Part shown: positions 55,600 through 64,000 of the stretch, piece after piece
Numbering within the stretch: position 1 is the stretch's first letter
Layout of the letters: every line of letters begins with the position of its first letter
Assembly: GCA_029862185.1 (NCBI GenBank)
Contig: JAOTXX010000008.1
Span: 8,909-72,908, forward strand
Reading direction: 5' to 3'
Origin: Myxococcales bacterium
GTDB lineage: Bacteria; Myxococcota_A; Polyangia; Polyangiales; Houyiibacteriaceae
Length of the DNA stretch: 64,000 nucleotides
Notes under the pieces: model-generated
Told to the model about the DNA's origin: nothing
What the model saw: only the letters and a program-made list of their open reading frames with translations
Database searches by the model: none
Translations under genes and position numbers: made by a program

Positions 55600-56913
55600 C
55601 TAGAAGTCTGTCTTAATCGGTGAGGGCTTGGGGCGGGTTTTCTTTTTCAAGCGAACCACGAGCGCATCGTCCTCATTGGGGACGACGCGGCGCTCCTGGC
55701 TCCGGTACCCAGCAAGCGAAAACCGTACCGTCGCCTCGAGCCCCGGCTCGAGCTCCACCTCGACCGGCGTCCGGCCCCGTTTCTCGCCGTTTACCGAGAC
55801 AAACGCGCCCGGAGGCCGGGAGTCGAGCGCAAGCATCACCGACGGCGCCACCGGCTCGATGGGCGAAGTTTCTGCGGGGCTGTCGGACTTTTTTGTCGCA
55901 GCGGCGGGCGCCGGCACCGGCGGCTCGGCGACCTCGACCGGCGCGCGCGTCGGCCACAAGAGGAACGCCACCCCGGCCACCAACGCCGCCCCGAGCAAAG
56001 GCAGCCCCAGGGTCCACGCCCGCCGGGGCAACGTCGGCCCGCGCAGCGCATCGCAAAACCCGTCCATCGTCTCGAAGCGGTCGGACGGGTCCTTCTCCAT
56101 CGCGCGCAGCACCGCCGCTTCGACGTGCGGCGGGATGTTGGCCTTCTTGCTTCGCTGCGACGGCGGGTCCGGCGCTTCGTTCCCGTGTTTGTAGAGCAAC
56201 TGAAAGTGATTTTGGCCCGTGAACGGCGGCGACCCCGTGAGCATCTCGTACAAAATGACCCCGAGCGCGTACACGTCCGTTCGATGGTCGACCACCGACA
56301 CTCCCCGCGCGAGCTCGGGCGAAATGTAGAGCGGCGTGCCGATGATTTGGTCGGTTGCGGTCAACTTTGGGTCGCCATGGTCCGGCGTTTTGATTTTCGA
56401 TATCCCGAAGTCGAGCACCTTCACGAAATTGTGGCCGTGCTTCTGCGTCAGGAATATGTTCTCGGGCTTCAGGTCGCGGTGGACGATGCCCGCGTCGTGG
56501 GCTGCCTGAAGCGCCTCCCCCGTTTGCCGTGCGATGTCGACCGCTTCGTCGACGGGGAGGGCGCCCCGCTCGAGCCTCTCGGCCAGGTTCTCGCCGTCGA
56601 GGAGCTCCATCACGATGAAAAGCCGGTGCTCTTCGTCGGTGTCGCAGTTGACCACTTTAACGATGTGCTCGTGGTCGATCTTGGTGGCCGACTTGGCTTC
56701 CCGCAAAAAGCGCTCGACCGCGGACGGCTTGTCGGCCCGCCCCTCGGGCAGGACTTTCACCGCGTAGGCCTTGCCGAGGTGCGTGTGCGTCGCCTCGTAA
56801 ACCCGCCCCATGCCGCCGACGCCAATCAGGCGCTGCACCTGGTAGAGCCCACCCAGCGTGGCGCCGACCAACGGATCCTGAGCTAGCTCCCCTTCGACCA
56901 TCTTCCTCGACAA
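55600..56913 (-). CDS. Hanks-type Ser/Thr protein kinase with TM and extracellular PEGA domain
   Basis: IGVGGMGRVY, AVKVL, HRDLKPEN, DFG, GTPLYISPE; DSRPPGAFVSVNG..GRTP. Confidence 0.95.
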   Translation of the reverse strand: MSRKMVEGELAQDPLVGATLGGLYQVQRLIGVGGMGRVYEATHTHLGKAYAVKVLPEGRADKPSAVERFLREAKSATKIDHEHIVKVVNCDTDEEHRLFIVMELLDGENLAERLERGALPVDEAVDIARQTGEALQAAHDAGIVHRDLKPENIFLTQKHGHNFVKVLDFGISKIKTPDHGDPKLTATDQIIGTPLYISPELARGVSVVDHRTDVYALGVILYEMLTGSPPFTGQNHFQLLYKHGNEAPDPPSQRSKKANIPPHVEAAVLRAMEKDPSDRFETMDGFCDALRGPTLPRRAWTLGLPLLGAALVAGVAFLLWPTRAPVEVAEPPVPAPAAATKKSDSPAETSPIEPVAPSVMLALDSRPPGAFVSVNGEKRGRTPVEVELEPGLEATVRFSLAGYRSQERRVVPNEDDALVVRLKKKTRPKPSPIKTDF

Positions 56914-56971
56914 CGTAACACGCCCGCCCGGTCCACTGGCATTGGCCGGCAGCCGGCACTACAGGGTAGCC

Positions 56972-57520
56972 ATGGCTCTGATGCACTCCAAAGGGATGGC
57001 GGTTGGCACCGCCGCGCCACCGTTTTCGCTGCCCGGCGTCGACGGCAAAACCTGGTCGCTCGACTCCTTTGAGGACGCCGAGCTCCTGGTCGTCGTCTTC
57101 ACCTGCAACCACTGCCCCTACGCGATTGCCAGCGAAGACCGCCTTCTCGAACTCCAAGCCGATTACGGCAACAAAGGCGTGCAACTGGTCGCCATCAACC
57201 CGAACGATGCCGACAATTACCCTGCCGACTCTTTCGACAACATGAAGAAGCGGGCTGCCGAGAAGGCCTTCACCTTCCCCTACCTCTACGACGAATCCCA
57301 AAGCGCCGCGCGCGCCTACGACGCAGCCTGCACTCCCGACATCTTCGTCTTCGACCGCGACCGCAAGCTTCTCTACAACGGCCGCATCGACGACAACTGG
57401 CAGAAGCCCGCCGACGTCACCCGCCGCGACCTCCGCGCCGTCCTCGATGCCGCGTTGGAAGGCCGCGCGGTCGACTTCGAGCACGTCCCGTCCATGGGCT
57501 GCTCCATCAAGTGGAAGTAG
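56972..57520 (+). CDS. Thioredoxin-fold redoxin (AhpC/TSA-like)
   Basis: FTCNHCPY, YDESQ..ARAYDAACTPD, GCSIKWK. Confidence 0.92.
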   Translation: MALMHSKGMAVGTAAPPFSLPGVDGKTWSLDSFEDAELLVVVFTCNHCPYAIASEDRLLELQADYGNKGVQLVAINPNDADNYPADSFDNMKKRAAEKAFTFPYLYDESQSAARAYDAACTPDIFVFDRDRKLLYNGRIDDNWQKPADVTRRDLRAVLDAALEGRAVDFEHVPSMGCSIKWK

Positions 57521-58045
57521 ATGGCACGCGTCCCTTCGTTTGAGATGCCCCGCACCGAGATCCGGACCGAGCTCGACCGCATCCGGCATCCGTTCCGCAT
57601 CGCCATCGACCGCGCCAAGAACCCCTTCAACATCGGTTCCATCGTCCGCACGGCCCACTCGTTCCTCGTCAAGGAAATCATCTTGATCGGCACCGAGCCC
57701 TGGTACGAGCGCGCCGCCATGGGCATGCAGCGCTACGAAAACATCGTCGAGCTCCCAAGCGAGCGAAACTTCCTCGAAGTCGCTGAAAAAGAAGGTTGGC
57801 CGCTGATCGTATTTGAAAAGGACGAAGCCGGCGTCGGCCTCTGGGAAGCCGAGCTCCCCGACAACGCCGTGCTCGTCTTCGGCAACGAAGACGACGGCTG
57901 CTCCCCGGCCATTTTGGAGGCCGCCAAGCAGGTCGTTGCCATCCCCATGTTCGGCATCAACCACAGCTATCCCATCAGCGTCGCCGCGGGCATCGCCATG
58001 GCCGAATGGGCCCGAAGACACTACGAAAACGGTCGCTGCATCTAG
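57521..58045 (+). CDS. TrmH/SpoU family RNA methyltransferase
   Basis: NPFNIGSIVRTA, FGNEDDG, IPMFG..SVAAGI. Confidence 0.88.
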   Translation: MARVPSFEMPRTEIRTELDRIRHPFRIAIDRAKNPFNIGSIVRTAHSFLVKEIILIGTEPWYERAAMGMQRYENIVELPSERNFLEVAEKEGWPLIVFEKDEAGVGLWEAELPDNAVLVFGNEDDGCSPAILEAAKQVVAIPMFGINHSYPISVAAGIAMAEWARRHYENGRCI

Positions 58046-58086
58046 CCTTGCCTGCCCTGAAAGTGACGCTAGACTCCGCCCCCTTT

Positions 58087-58162
58087 GGTGGGTGTAGCTC
58101 AGTGGTAGAGCACTGGATTGTGGCTCCGGGTGTCGCGGGTTCAATTCCCGTCACTCACCCCA
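58087..58162 (+). tRNA. tRNA-His(GUG)
   Basis: G-1, anticodon loop TT-GTG-GC, C73, encoded CCA. Confidence 0.96.
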
Positions 58163-58218
58163 CTCTTTGAAACATTTGATGAACTTTCCCTGCGGCGCAG
58201 CCGTGTCGCGGGGCGCAA

Positions 58219-58292
<74 letters not shown>

Positions 58293-58312
58293 CCGCGGCA
58301 ACGCGGCAAAAC

Positions 58313-58385
58313 GGGCCATTAGCTCAAGTGGTAGAGCAGTGGATTCTTAATCCATTGGCTCCTGGTTCGAGTCCAGGATGGCCCA
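58313..58385 (+). tRNA. tRNA-Lys(CUU)
   Basis: GGGCCAT/ATGGCCC acceptor stem, loop TT-CTT-AA, T-arm CCTGG-TTCGAGT-CCAGG; followed by CCCA. Confidence 0.94.
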
Positions 58386-58430
58386 CCCAATGATCAGCCC
58401 ACGGGCCTATCCCGAACTCGTGACTCACGG

Positions 58431-59066
58431 TCAATGCTTCGTGCAGACGTAGAGGCGGATGCTCCCAAACCCGCCGATCGCTTCTTCCTGGTAGTCGAAG
58501 CCGGCTTCCCGAAGAAGCACATCCATGTCCCGGATCAAGTCCCCACTCCTTCGCCAGAGCTCCGCGAGCAGGGTTCCCATCTGGTTCTCATCGTCGGGAT
58601 AGCCGACGTCGATCAACACGAGGTCACCGCCGGGCTTGAGGACTCGGCTCATCTCTGCGAGCGCGGCCCGACCGTTTGGGTATCCCGAGAATGACATCGT
58701 GTTGACCACTGTGTCGAAGGTATCGTCGGCGTAGGGCAACCCTTCGACATCGGCTTGCTGAACATCGGCGGCGAGCGCGGCCCGACGCAGGTTCTTGTTG
58801 GTGATTTCGACCATCCTTGGGTTGAGGTCGATTGCACTCGCCTGCACCCGACCAGCGTACTGGGTCAGCAAGTAGCCTGTTCCGCACGAGACCTCGAGAA
58901 CGCGCGGCCCCCGGACGTGCGGCAGCGCGTGCGCAAGCCAGCTCTTCCAAATCGGCCCGCGCTTGACCAACATGTCGTAGACCCGTGCGAACCGGCTGTA
59001 GAATCGATCGAAGCGCCTGGTGAACTCTTCGGGGTCTGCTGGCTCAGTGGAGTATCGGCGAGTCAT
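58431..59066 (-). CDS. Class I SAM-dependent methyltransferase
   Basis: VLEVSCGTG, ADVEGLPYADDTFD, EMSRVLKPGG. Confidence 0.9.
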   Translation of the reverse strand: MTRRYSTEPADPEEFTRRFDRFYSRFARVYDMLVKRGPIWKSWLAHALPHVRGPRVLEVSCGTGYLLTQYAGRVQASAIDLNPRMVEITNKNLRRAALAADVQQADVEGLPYADDTFDTVVNTMSFSGYPNGRAALAEMSRVLKPGGDLVLIDVGYPDDENQMGTLLAELWRRSGDLIRDMDVLLREAGFDYQEEAIGGFGSIRLYVCTKH

Positions 59067-59071
59067 GCGCC

Positions 59072-59812
59072 TCAGCCCTCGAATGATAGCGGCTTCGCCC
59101 AGGCTTCGCGGGCAATCGCCTTGGCGTCGGCTTCGATGTTGTCGCCGTGGGCGATCACGATTCGGTCGAAGTCCCATTGCAGAATGCGTTGTAGCGAGCG
59201 TTTCGCTGCGCCTTTGTCCTTCCAACCCATCTGATACTCGGGCGCCGGCCGTGGTCGATCCCACATGTGCATCACGGCCTTCCACCAGAGCTTGAGGACC
59301 CAGTCTGTACCCTCGGTTTGGTCCCCAATGTTTTCAATCAGATCCGTGAGAACCAGCGTCTTCGACGGCCGGTCGAAGAACGCAACCTCCCAGATGAAGC
59401 GGTTTCCGCGAACCAGAGCTTGTTCGAGCTGGCCGTCCCAAGCGTCGGGCGCGTGGTCTGAGAGAAACCAATCGAACTCGAGGTCGGGGCACTTGCGTTC
59501 GATGCCCGGACAGATCCACGTCGTCGCCTCGGGATAGACATCTTGCCAAGCGCTGACGTGGAAGTAGTGGTAGCTACCAGGAGCTACGACGTGCGCGACC
59601 GGACCGATGTTCTGGAGCTGCTCCACGAGAGCATCATCGATTGGACACGGCGAATGAACCAGCACCCTGCCGCCTTTCAATCGGATGAATGTCGTGCGCG
59701 CGAAGAAGTCCGCGCCCGCATAGTGAACCGAATACTTCTTCAACCAAATTCGACCCGGAACATACTCGGTCAACCGCGTGTCTAAATTGGGGGCGCCCAT
59801 CGTTTCTCCCAA
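59072..59812 (-). CDS. DUF4336 domain-containing protein
   Basis: RTTFIRLKGGRVLVHSP, VAPGSYHYFH, EVAFFDRPSKTLVLTDL, WDFDRIVIAHG. Confidence 0.85.
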   Translation of the reverse strand: MGETMGAPNLDTRLTEYVPGRIWLKKYSVHYAGADFFARTTFIRLKGGRVLVHSPCPIDDALVEQLQNIGPVAHVVAPGSYHYFHVSAWQDVYPEATTWICPGIERKCPDLEFDWFLSDHAPDAWDGQLEQALVRGNRFIWEVAFFDRPSKTLVLTDLIENIGDQTEGTDWVLKLWWKAVMHMWDRPRPAPEYQMGWKDKGAAKRSLQRILQWDFDRIVIAHGDNIEADAKAIAREAWAKPLSFEG

Positions 59813-59922
59813 CGATCAGATGATGAGGTCATGCAGGCCCCGCGGCGAACACAGCCCCGGAGCTTCGCACTGAGCGTACTTGATCTGAAAGAGATCCGAC
59901 CGAGGTTGACCAGAAAGTCGAA

Positions 59923-60559
59923 ATGTCACGAAACTCGTGCCGGCTTCGCTCTGAGCTACGCAAAGCCTTGCGTACGGGTCAGGCACAACGGCGCTCGAGG
60001 GACCACGAGCGCAAAACGCCTACTCGCATTGGCGATATGGTGCTGATCAGTGAACGGCCTGCCGAAATCCAAGACCGTGCCGTCCCCTGTCATTGGGAAG
60101 GCGACCTCATCATCGGCAAGAACAGCAAGAGCCAAGTCGGGACCCTGGTCGAACGCAGCACCCGCTTCGTGATGCTGGTCCGGCTGCCTCACGACCGCTC
60201 CGCGCATACGGTGCGAAATGCCATCGCACGCAAGATCACGCACCTTACTCAAGCGCTCAAACGGTCGCTGACATGGGATCAAGGGACCGAGATGGCCGAG
60301 CATGTTCGCTTCACCGTGGCCACCGGTGTGCCCGTGTACTTTTGCGATCCCCGCAGCCCATGGCAACGCGGCACCAACGAAAACACCAACGGTCTACTCC
60401 GACAGTACATGCCCGAAGGCATGGACCTCTCCGCGCTTAGCAACTACCAGCTCAATCGCATCGCCGACGAGCTCAACACTCGACCTCGTCAGACTCTCGG
60501 ATGGATGACACCGGCCCAGAAATTTGCTCAACTCGTTGCATCAGCCCCTTGAGACTGCC
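59923..60559 (+). mobile_element. IS30-family remnant: 5'-truncated transposase plus right inverted repeat
   Basis: ISERPAE..RAVP.HWEGDL, TLVERSTRF, LTWDQGTEMA, PWQRGTNENTNGLLRQY, LNTRPR; GTTGCATCAGCCCCTTGAGACTGCC end at 60535-60559; no N-terminal HTH or left IR. Confidence 0.9.
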
Positions 60560-60621
60560 GCGTGTCCCCTTGAGGAGGCTGGTCTTTGGGGTGGTTTGGG
60601 CCCAAGCGGTATGCTCTGGGC

Positions 60622-61059
60622 ATGGACGAGGTGATCGGCGAACCGACCACGGAGTACATCGAGATCGACCACCCGTGGATCTCGAATGACCTCATGCCGC
60701 TCTACCGATGGACCTTTCCTTCCGAAGCAACCGATGCAGAGCTCCGCGCGTGTCTCGTGGCACGCGAGGACTGGGCGATTCGCGCGCACTACCACGCTGC
60801 CTGGGTCATCGACATGTCGAACATCACGAGGGCGCCGGCCACCCAGCGCAAGGCGTTGGCCGAGCACCTCAAACGTTTCAATGAATTCGGCGTGCGCTGG
60901 AATGCGGGCTCAGCATTGGTCGTCCCAAGTGCATGGCTTCGCGGGCTCGTGACCGCCGTAACTTGGGTCTCGCCGCCGAGGTTTCCCTACCAACTTTTCT
61001 CCGAGTCTCTCGCCGCAGAGAGTTGGGCTAAGAAGCAGCTCGCCGCGAAACGCGACTGA
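60622..61059 (+). CDS. Hypothetical STAS/SEC14-like small protein
   Basis: WVIDMS...QRK..A...ALVVPSAWLRGLVTAVTW..PP pattern common in myxobacterial proteins. Confidence 0.6.
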   Translation: MDEVIGEPTTEYIEIDHPWISNDLMPLYRWTFPSEATDAELRACLVAREDWAIRAHYHAAWVIDMSNITRAPATQRKALAEHLKRFNEFGVRWNAGSALVVPSAWLRGLVTAVTWVSPPRFPYQLFSESLAAESWAKKQLAAKRD

Positions 61060-61060
61060 G

Positions 61061-61423
61061 CTATCTCGGCGGGCCCGTCGAGTACTCGACTTCGAGGTCT
61101 GGATGATGTCGGGGTAAGGCAACGCGAAACCAGATGAACGGGAAGAGCGGGTTCGGGAACCAGTACATCCAACCGAGGTTTCGAATGCGTTCTCCCGTTC
61201 CGAGCAGCAAATCGAGCCACACGTAGAGGAACTTGTAAGAGCAAAGCCCGGGCAGGAAGTTCACCGTGAACCCCTCGGTGCGGAGGAACTTCCGGCGAAT
61301 GTAGAAGTTGCCCTCGAAGGGCGTAATGCCCCAGCCAAGCGGGCCCTCGGCGAGCGGGGTCCCCGTCGCGCGGTGCCAGATGCGGACCCAGCGGCGAGGT
61401 TTCGGCTGTTCGGCACTCGCCAT
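61061..61423 (-). CDS. Hypothetical protein (possibly DUF427-like)
   Basis: ITPFEGNFYI...CSYKFLYVWLDL; convergent spacing of 1 nt. Confidence 0.5.
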   Translation of the reverse strand: MASAEQPKPRRWVRIWHRATGTPLAEGPLGWGITPFEGNFYIRRKFLRTEGFTVNFLPGLCSYKFLYVWLDLLLGTGERIRNLGWMYWFPNPLFPFIWFRVALPRHHPDLEVEYSTGPPR

Positions 61424-61583
61424 CCATGGAAGTACACCCGAGAGCCCCCTGCGTTACGGCGAGGAAGGTTGTCGGTGAAAGGATTGGCGGGCTGCTCCGC
61501 TGAACCTCGCAGCACGCGACAGAGACGTAACAAATGGGCGCCTCGGAACTATGCCGTCTTGAAGAGGTTGTCCGGAGGTGTCG

Positions 61584-62753
61584 ATGTTTGCTTACTCGGG
61601 CGTCCGCTGGTTGGCGCTTGCCTTTATAACGCTGTCGTTCGCTTGCAGCGGAACGGCCACCAGTGGCGGTGGGGACACGACGCCCGAGACAGAGCTTCCG
61701 CCAGCCGATTCGGCCATAGGCACTCTCCGCCTCGCAGGCCCGAACGGAGGCCGATGGTACCCTGATGGGTCCTCCGACGGCGAAGAGCCGAGTCTGACCT
61801 CGGTGCCCGGCCACAACGCCTTCTGGTTTGCCTGGAGCGTGTTCCATCCAGGCACGGACGTCTGGGAGGGCGAGCCCATCGCCCAAGCTACCGTTTCCGA
61901 AGATCCCTCGGGGCAGTGCACCGTGCCGTGTGGGGACATCTTTTCCGGCTGCCCCGGTCGTGACTGTATTCCGCCGCTCGACTCGCCTGCCATGGTACCC
62001 GTTGGTGACGCGGGACTCCGTTACCTCGCCGACGACGACATCGTGCTGGGTGTGCTCACCGACGAAGGTGCGCGCGCATATCCGCACAACGTGCTGTGGT
62101 GGCACGAGGTTGCCAACGAAGAAGTGGGCGGGCAGGCTTTTGCAATGACCCTCTGCCCTTTGACCGGTTCGGGGCTCATGTTCGATCGCCGGGGATTCCT
62201 GCCCGGGCAGACCGTGCGTCTCGGGGTTTCCGGGCTTCTCTACAACTCGAATCTCATCATGTGGGATCGGGAGTCCGAGTCGCTTTGGAGCCAGATGCGA
62301 CTTGAATCGCTGTCCGGTCCGGAGATCGGGTCCTCCTCGCCCCTGCTCCCGGTCTTCGAGATGACGTGGCTCGCCTGGCGAACGCTTCACCCCGACACCG
62401 TGGCGATCTCCTCGGAGACAGGGTTCCCGCGCGACTACCAGCGCTACCCATACGTGCGCGGCGGCTTCGACTACCGAACGAACGACAACGACACCTTCGG
62501 CCCCACGGATCCGCAACCGGACACTCAGTTCGAGAACAAGGACATGGTCTTCGGCGTCGCGGTGAAGGGCGTTTTCAAGGCGTACGTCTGGAAGCACATC
62601 CAGGAACGACTCGGCGCAGATCAAGGCGTCATCTCTGACGAGGTTGGGGGAACACCGATCGCCGTGGTCTTCCATCTTCCGAGCCGTTACGTTCATGCCT
62701 TCGAACGCAGCGTTGGTGGTTCGTTGATCGAGCTCGAGCTCGAGTCTGAATAG
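61584..62753 (+). CDS. DUF3179 domain lipoprotein, apparently circularly permuted
   Basis: GGAGG RBS, SFA-C lipobox, RDCIPPLDSP, ARAYPHNVLWWHEVANE, CPLTGSG, GVSGLLYNSNLIMWDRESESLWSQ. Confidence 0.85.
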   Translation: MFAYSGVRWLALAFITLSFACSGTATSGGGDTTPETELPPADSAIGTLRLAGPNGGRWYPDGSSDGEEPSLTSVPGHNAFWFAWSVFHPGTDVWEGEPIAQATVSEDPSGQCTVPCGDIFSGCPGRDCIPPLDSPAMVPVGDAGLRYLADDDIVLGVLTDEGARAYPHNVLWWHEVANEEVGGQAFAMTLCPLTGSGLMFDRRGFLPGQTVRLGVSGLLYNSNLIMWDRESESLWSQMRLESLSGPEIGSSSPLLPVFEMTWLAWRTLHPDTVAISSETGFPRDYQRYPYVRGGFDYRTNDNDTFGPTDPQPDTQFENKDMVFGVAVKGVFKAYVWKHIQERLGADQGVISDEVGGTPIAVVFHLPSRYVHAFERSVGGSLIELELESE

Positions 62754-62758
62754 GACGC

Positions 62759-63751
62759 ATGCGCGCTGCGCTGGTCGCCCTCGCTGCGCTCCTGATGCCC
62801 TCGCACGCTTTCGCCGGCGCGTGGACCACACCCGAGGGCAAGATGTGGATGAAAGCCGCTTGGGTCTACCTCGACTCGGATCAGCTGTTCGTAGATTCGG
62901 AGCGGGTCGGTCTGATCTGTGGGGACATCACGCTTTCCCTCGGACAGAGGGGTCCGTACGACTGTCAACTCGGAGGTGGTTTCAAGGCGAGCTCGCTCCT
63001 CTTCGAGTCGAGCATCGGCTTGCATCGACGCCTGGATCTCAAGGTGCAGATTCCAGTCTTCTTGTCCGCGCAATTCCTCGCGACCGGCACGTTTCAACAG
63101 CGCCGGGGCTTGGGCGACATTCGATTCACCGTCCAGGGCGTGATGCTGGAAGCGCCCGTTGTCTTGGCCGCAAACGCAGAGGTCAAGGCACCGACCGGAT
63201 TTTTCACGCAAGACGCCGTAGGCGTTCCGCTGGGTGAAGGTCAATGGGACATCGCGTTTCGACTACTCGCATCCTATCCGTTCGCTCACGGCTTTGCGTG
63301 GACGGGCGTCGAGGCGGGCTACCGCATCCGCCTGCCCAATGACAAGCTCGGCATCGGTGGGCTGGACCTCGGTGACGAAATCCTCGCCACCTACGAGCTC
63401 GGAGGCAGGTTTCCGAAGTTCCGTTGGCTGTATCTGTCGGGGCGATATGACTTGCGCTACCAGCTCGAGAGCGAGGACCTTTCACGCAACGTCTTCGTGC
63501 CCAACCGACCCGTACGTGCCGTGATGTACGTCACACCGAAGATCATCATCAATCCGTTCTCGCGCCACCCAGACGCGCTCGACCGACTCGGAATCGAATT
63601 TGAAGTCCTCCTGCCCGTTTGGGGCCGCGGCTGGCCCGCCGATCCCGTGTGGGTTCTGGCGCTCACGGGGTCGTTCCGCCTATTTCCCGAGTACAGCGGT
63701 CGCCGGTCTCGCCCGAACCCCGGCCAGCCTCCACCCGAGCCCGACCCGTGA
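62759..63751 (+). CDS. Putative outer-membrane beta-barrel (transporter/MetA-pathway-like)
   Basis: Signal peptide AFA-GAWT, GLGDIRF, PLGEGQWD, alternating strands. Confidence 0.6.
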   Translation: MRAALVALAALLMPSHAFAGAWTTPEGKMWMKAAWVYLDSDQLFVDSERVGLICGDITLSLGQRGPYDCQLGGGFKASSLLFESSIGLHRRLDLKVQIPVFLSAQFLATGTFQQRRGLGDIRFTVQGVMLEAPVVLAANAEVKAPTGFFTQDAVGVPLGEGQWDIAFRLLASYPFAHGFAWTGVEAGYRIRLPNDKLGIGGLDLGDEILATYELGGRFPKFRWLYLSGRYDLRYQLESEDLSRNVFVPNRPVRAVMYVTPKIIINPFSRHPDALDRLGIEFEVLLPVWGRGWPADPVWVLALTGSFRLFPEYSGRRSRPNPGQPPPEPDP

Positions 63752-64000
63752 CGCGAGCGCTCTCTTAGCCCATCGGGAGGACGATGAGCGCCGAATTTCG
63801 CGGTACTAGATATTATGTCGCGTGGGGCGTCGCGGAGAGGGGGCCTTTGTTTCGGCTATGCTCCCGAGGACTAGAGATGTTGCGCGAAATCGCTAGGTGG
63901 CCCAGCCTGGGCAAGCTTGAACTGAAAGGCGCACGATGGCGTTCATAGATCGAAGTGTAATCTCTAGTTTTGTTGTGATTCTCCCGCTCATCCTCAGTGG

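Noticed and set aside
56657-58144. 495-aa minus ORF beginning MNPRHPEPQSSALPLSY
   Set aside because: It is the antisense translation of tRNA-His, trmH and the redoxin; the same applies to the ORFs across tRNA-Arg at 13022-13400 and 18917.
58190-58218. CGCAGCCGTGTCGCG between tRNAs resembling part of structured repeat copy 2
   Set aside because: A short GC-rich match with none of the core or paired arms; consistent with chance.

Overview
High-GC bacterial chromosomal segment. It is most likely from a Myxococcota (Polyangia-like) organism, inferred from the M(R/Q)YL..C..LG..GC lipoprotein leaders, Gly/Thr linkers, a Ser/Thr kinase-PEGA operon and GltD/AgmU-like lipoproteins. From left to right it contains: a complete oleABCD olefin cluster (oleD runs off the left edge); FAH, DUF1214, a hydrolase, mscL, DUF481 and a GMC oxidoreductase; a poly-gamma-glutamate hydrolase; and tRNA-Arg(UCU) with a 5.7 kb integrase-less island bounded by a 39-bp att repeat. 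That island and its left flank hold exported-protein cassettes sharing a 32-bp repeat, an exact 12-bp motif (AGAATTACGTAT), a common RBS/signal leader and orphan CDxGAFEVQP tails. Further right are an APC-USP permease, two divergent RND systems with two TolC proteins fused to substrate-binding-like domains, steroid-type oxidoreductases around folE, a roughly 11 kb kinase/PEGA/lipoprotein/HTTM/SLC13 operon, a His/Arg(UCG)/Lys tRNA cluster, an IS30 remnant and an apparently circularly permuted DUF3179 lipoprotein. The strongest unexplained signal is a roughly 190-nt intergenic element present twice (11394-11582 + and 21616-21805 -). Its stems differ in sequence but keep base pairing around an invariant 44-nt core, which makes it a candidate new structured RNA or ssDNA element. 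All family assignments are from motif recognition, not database searches.
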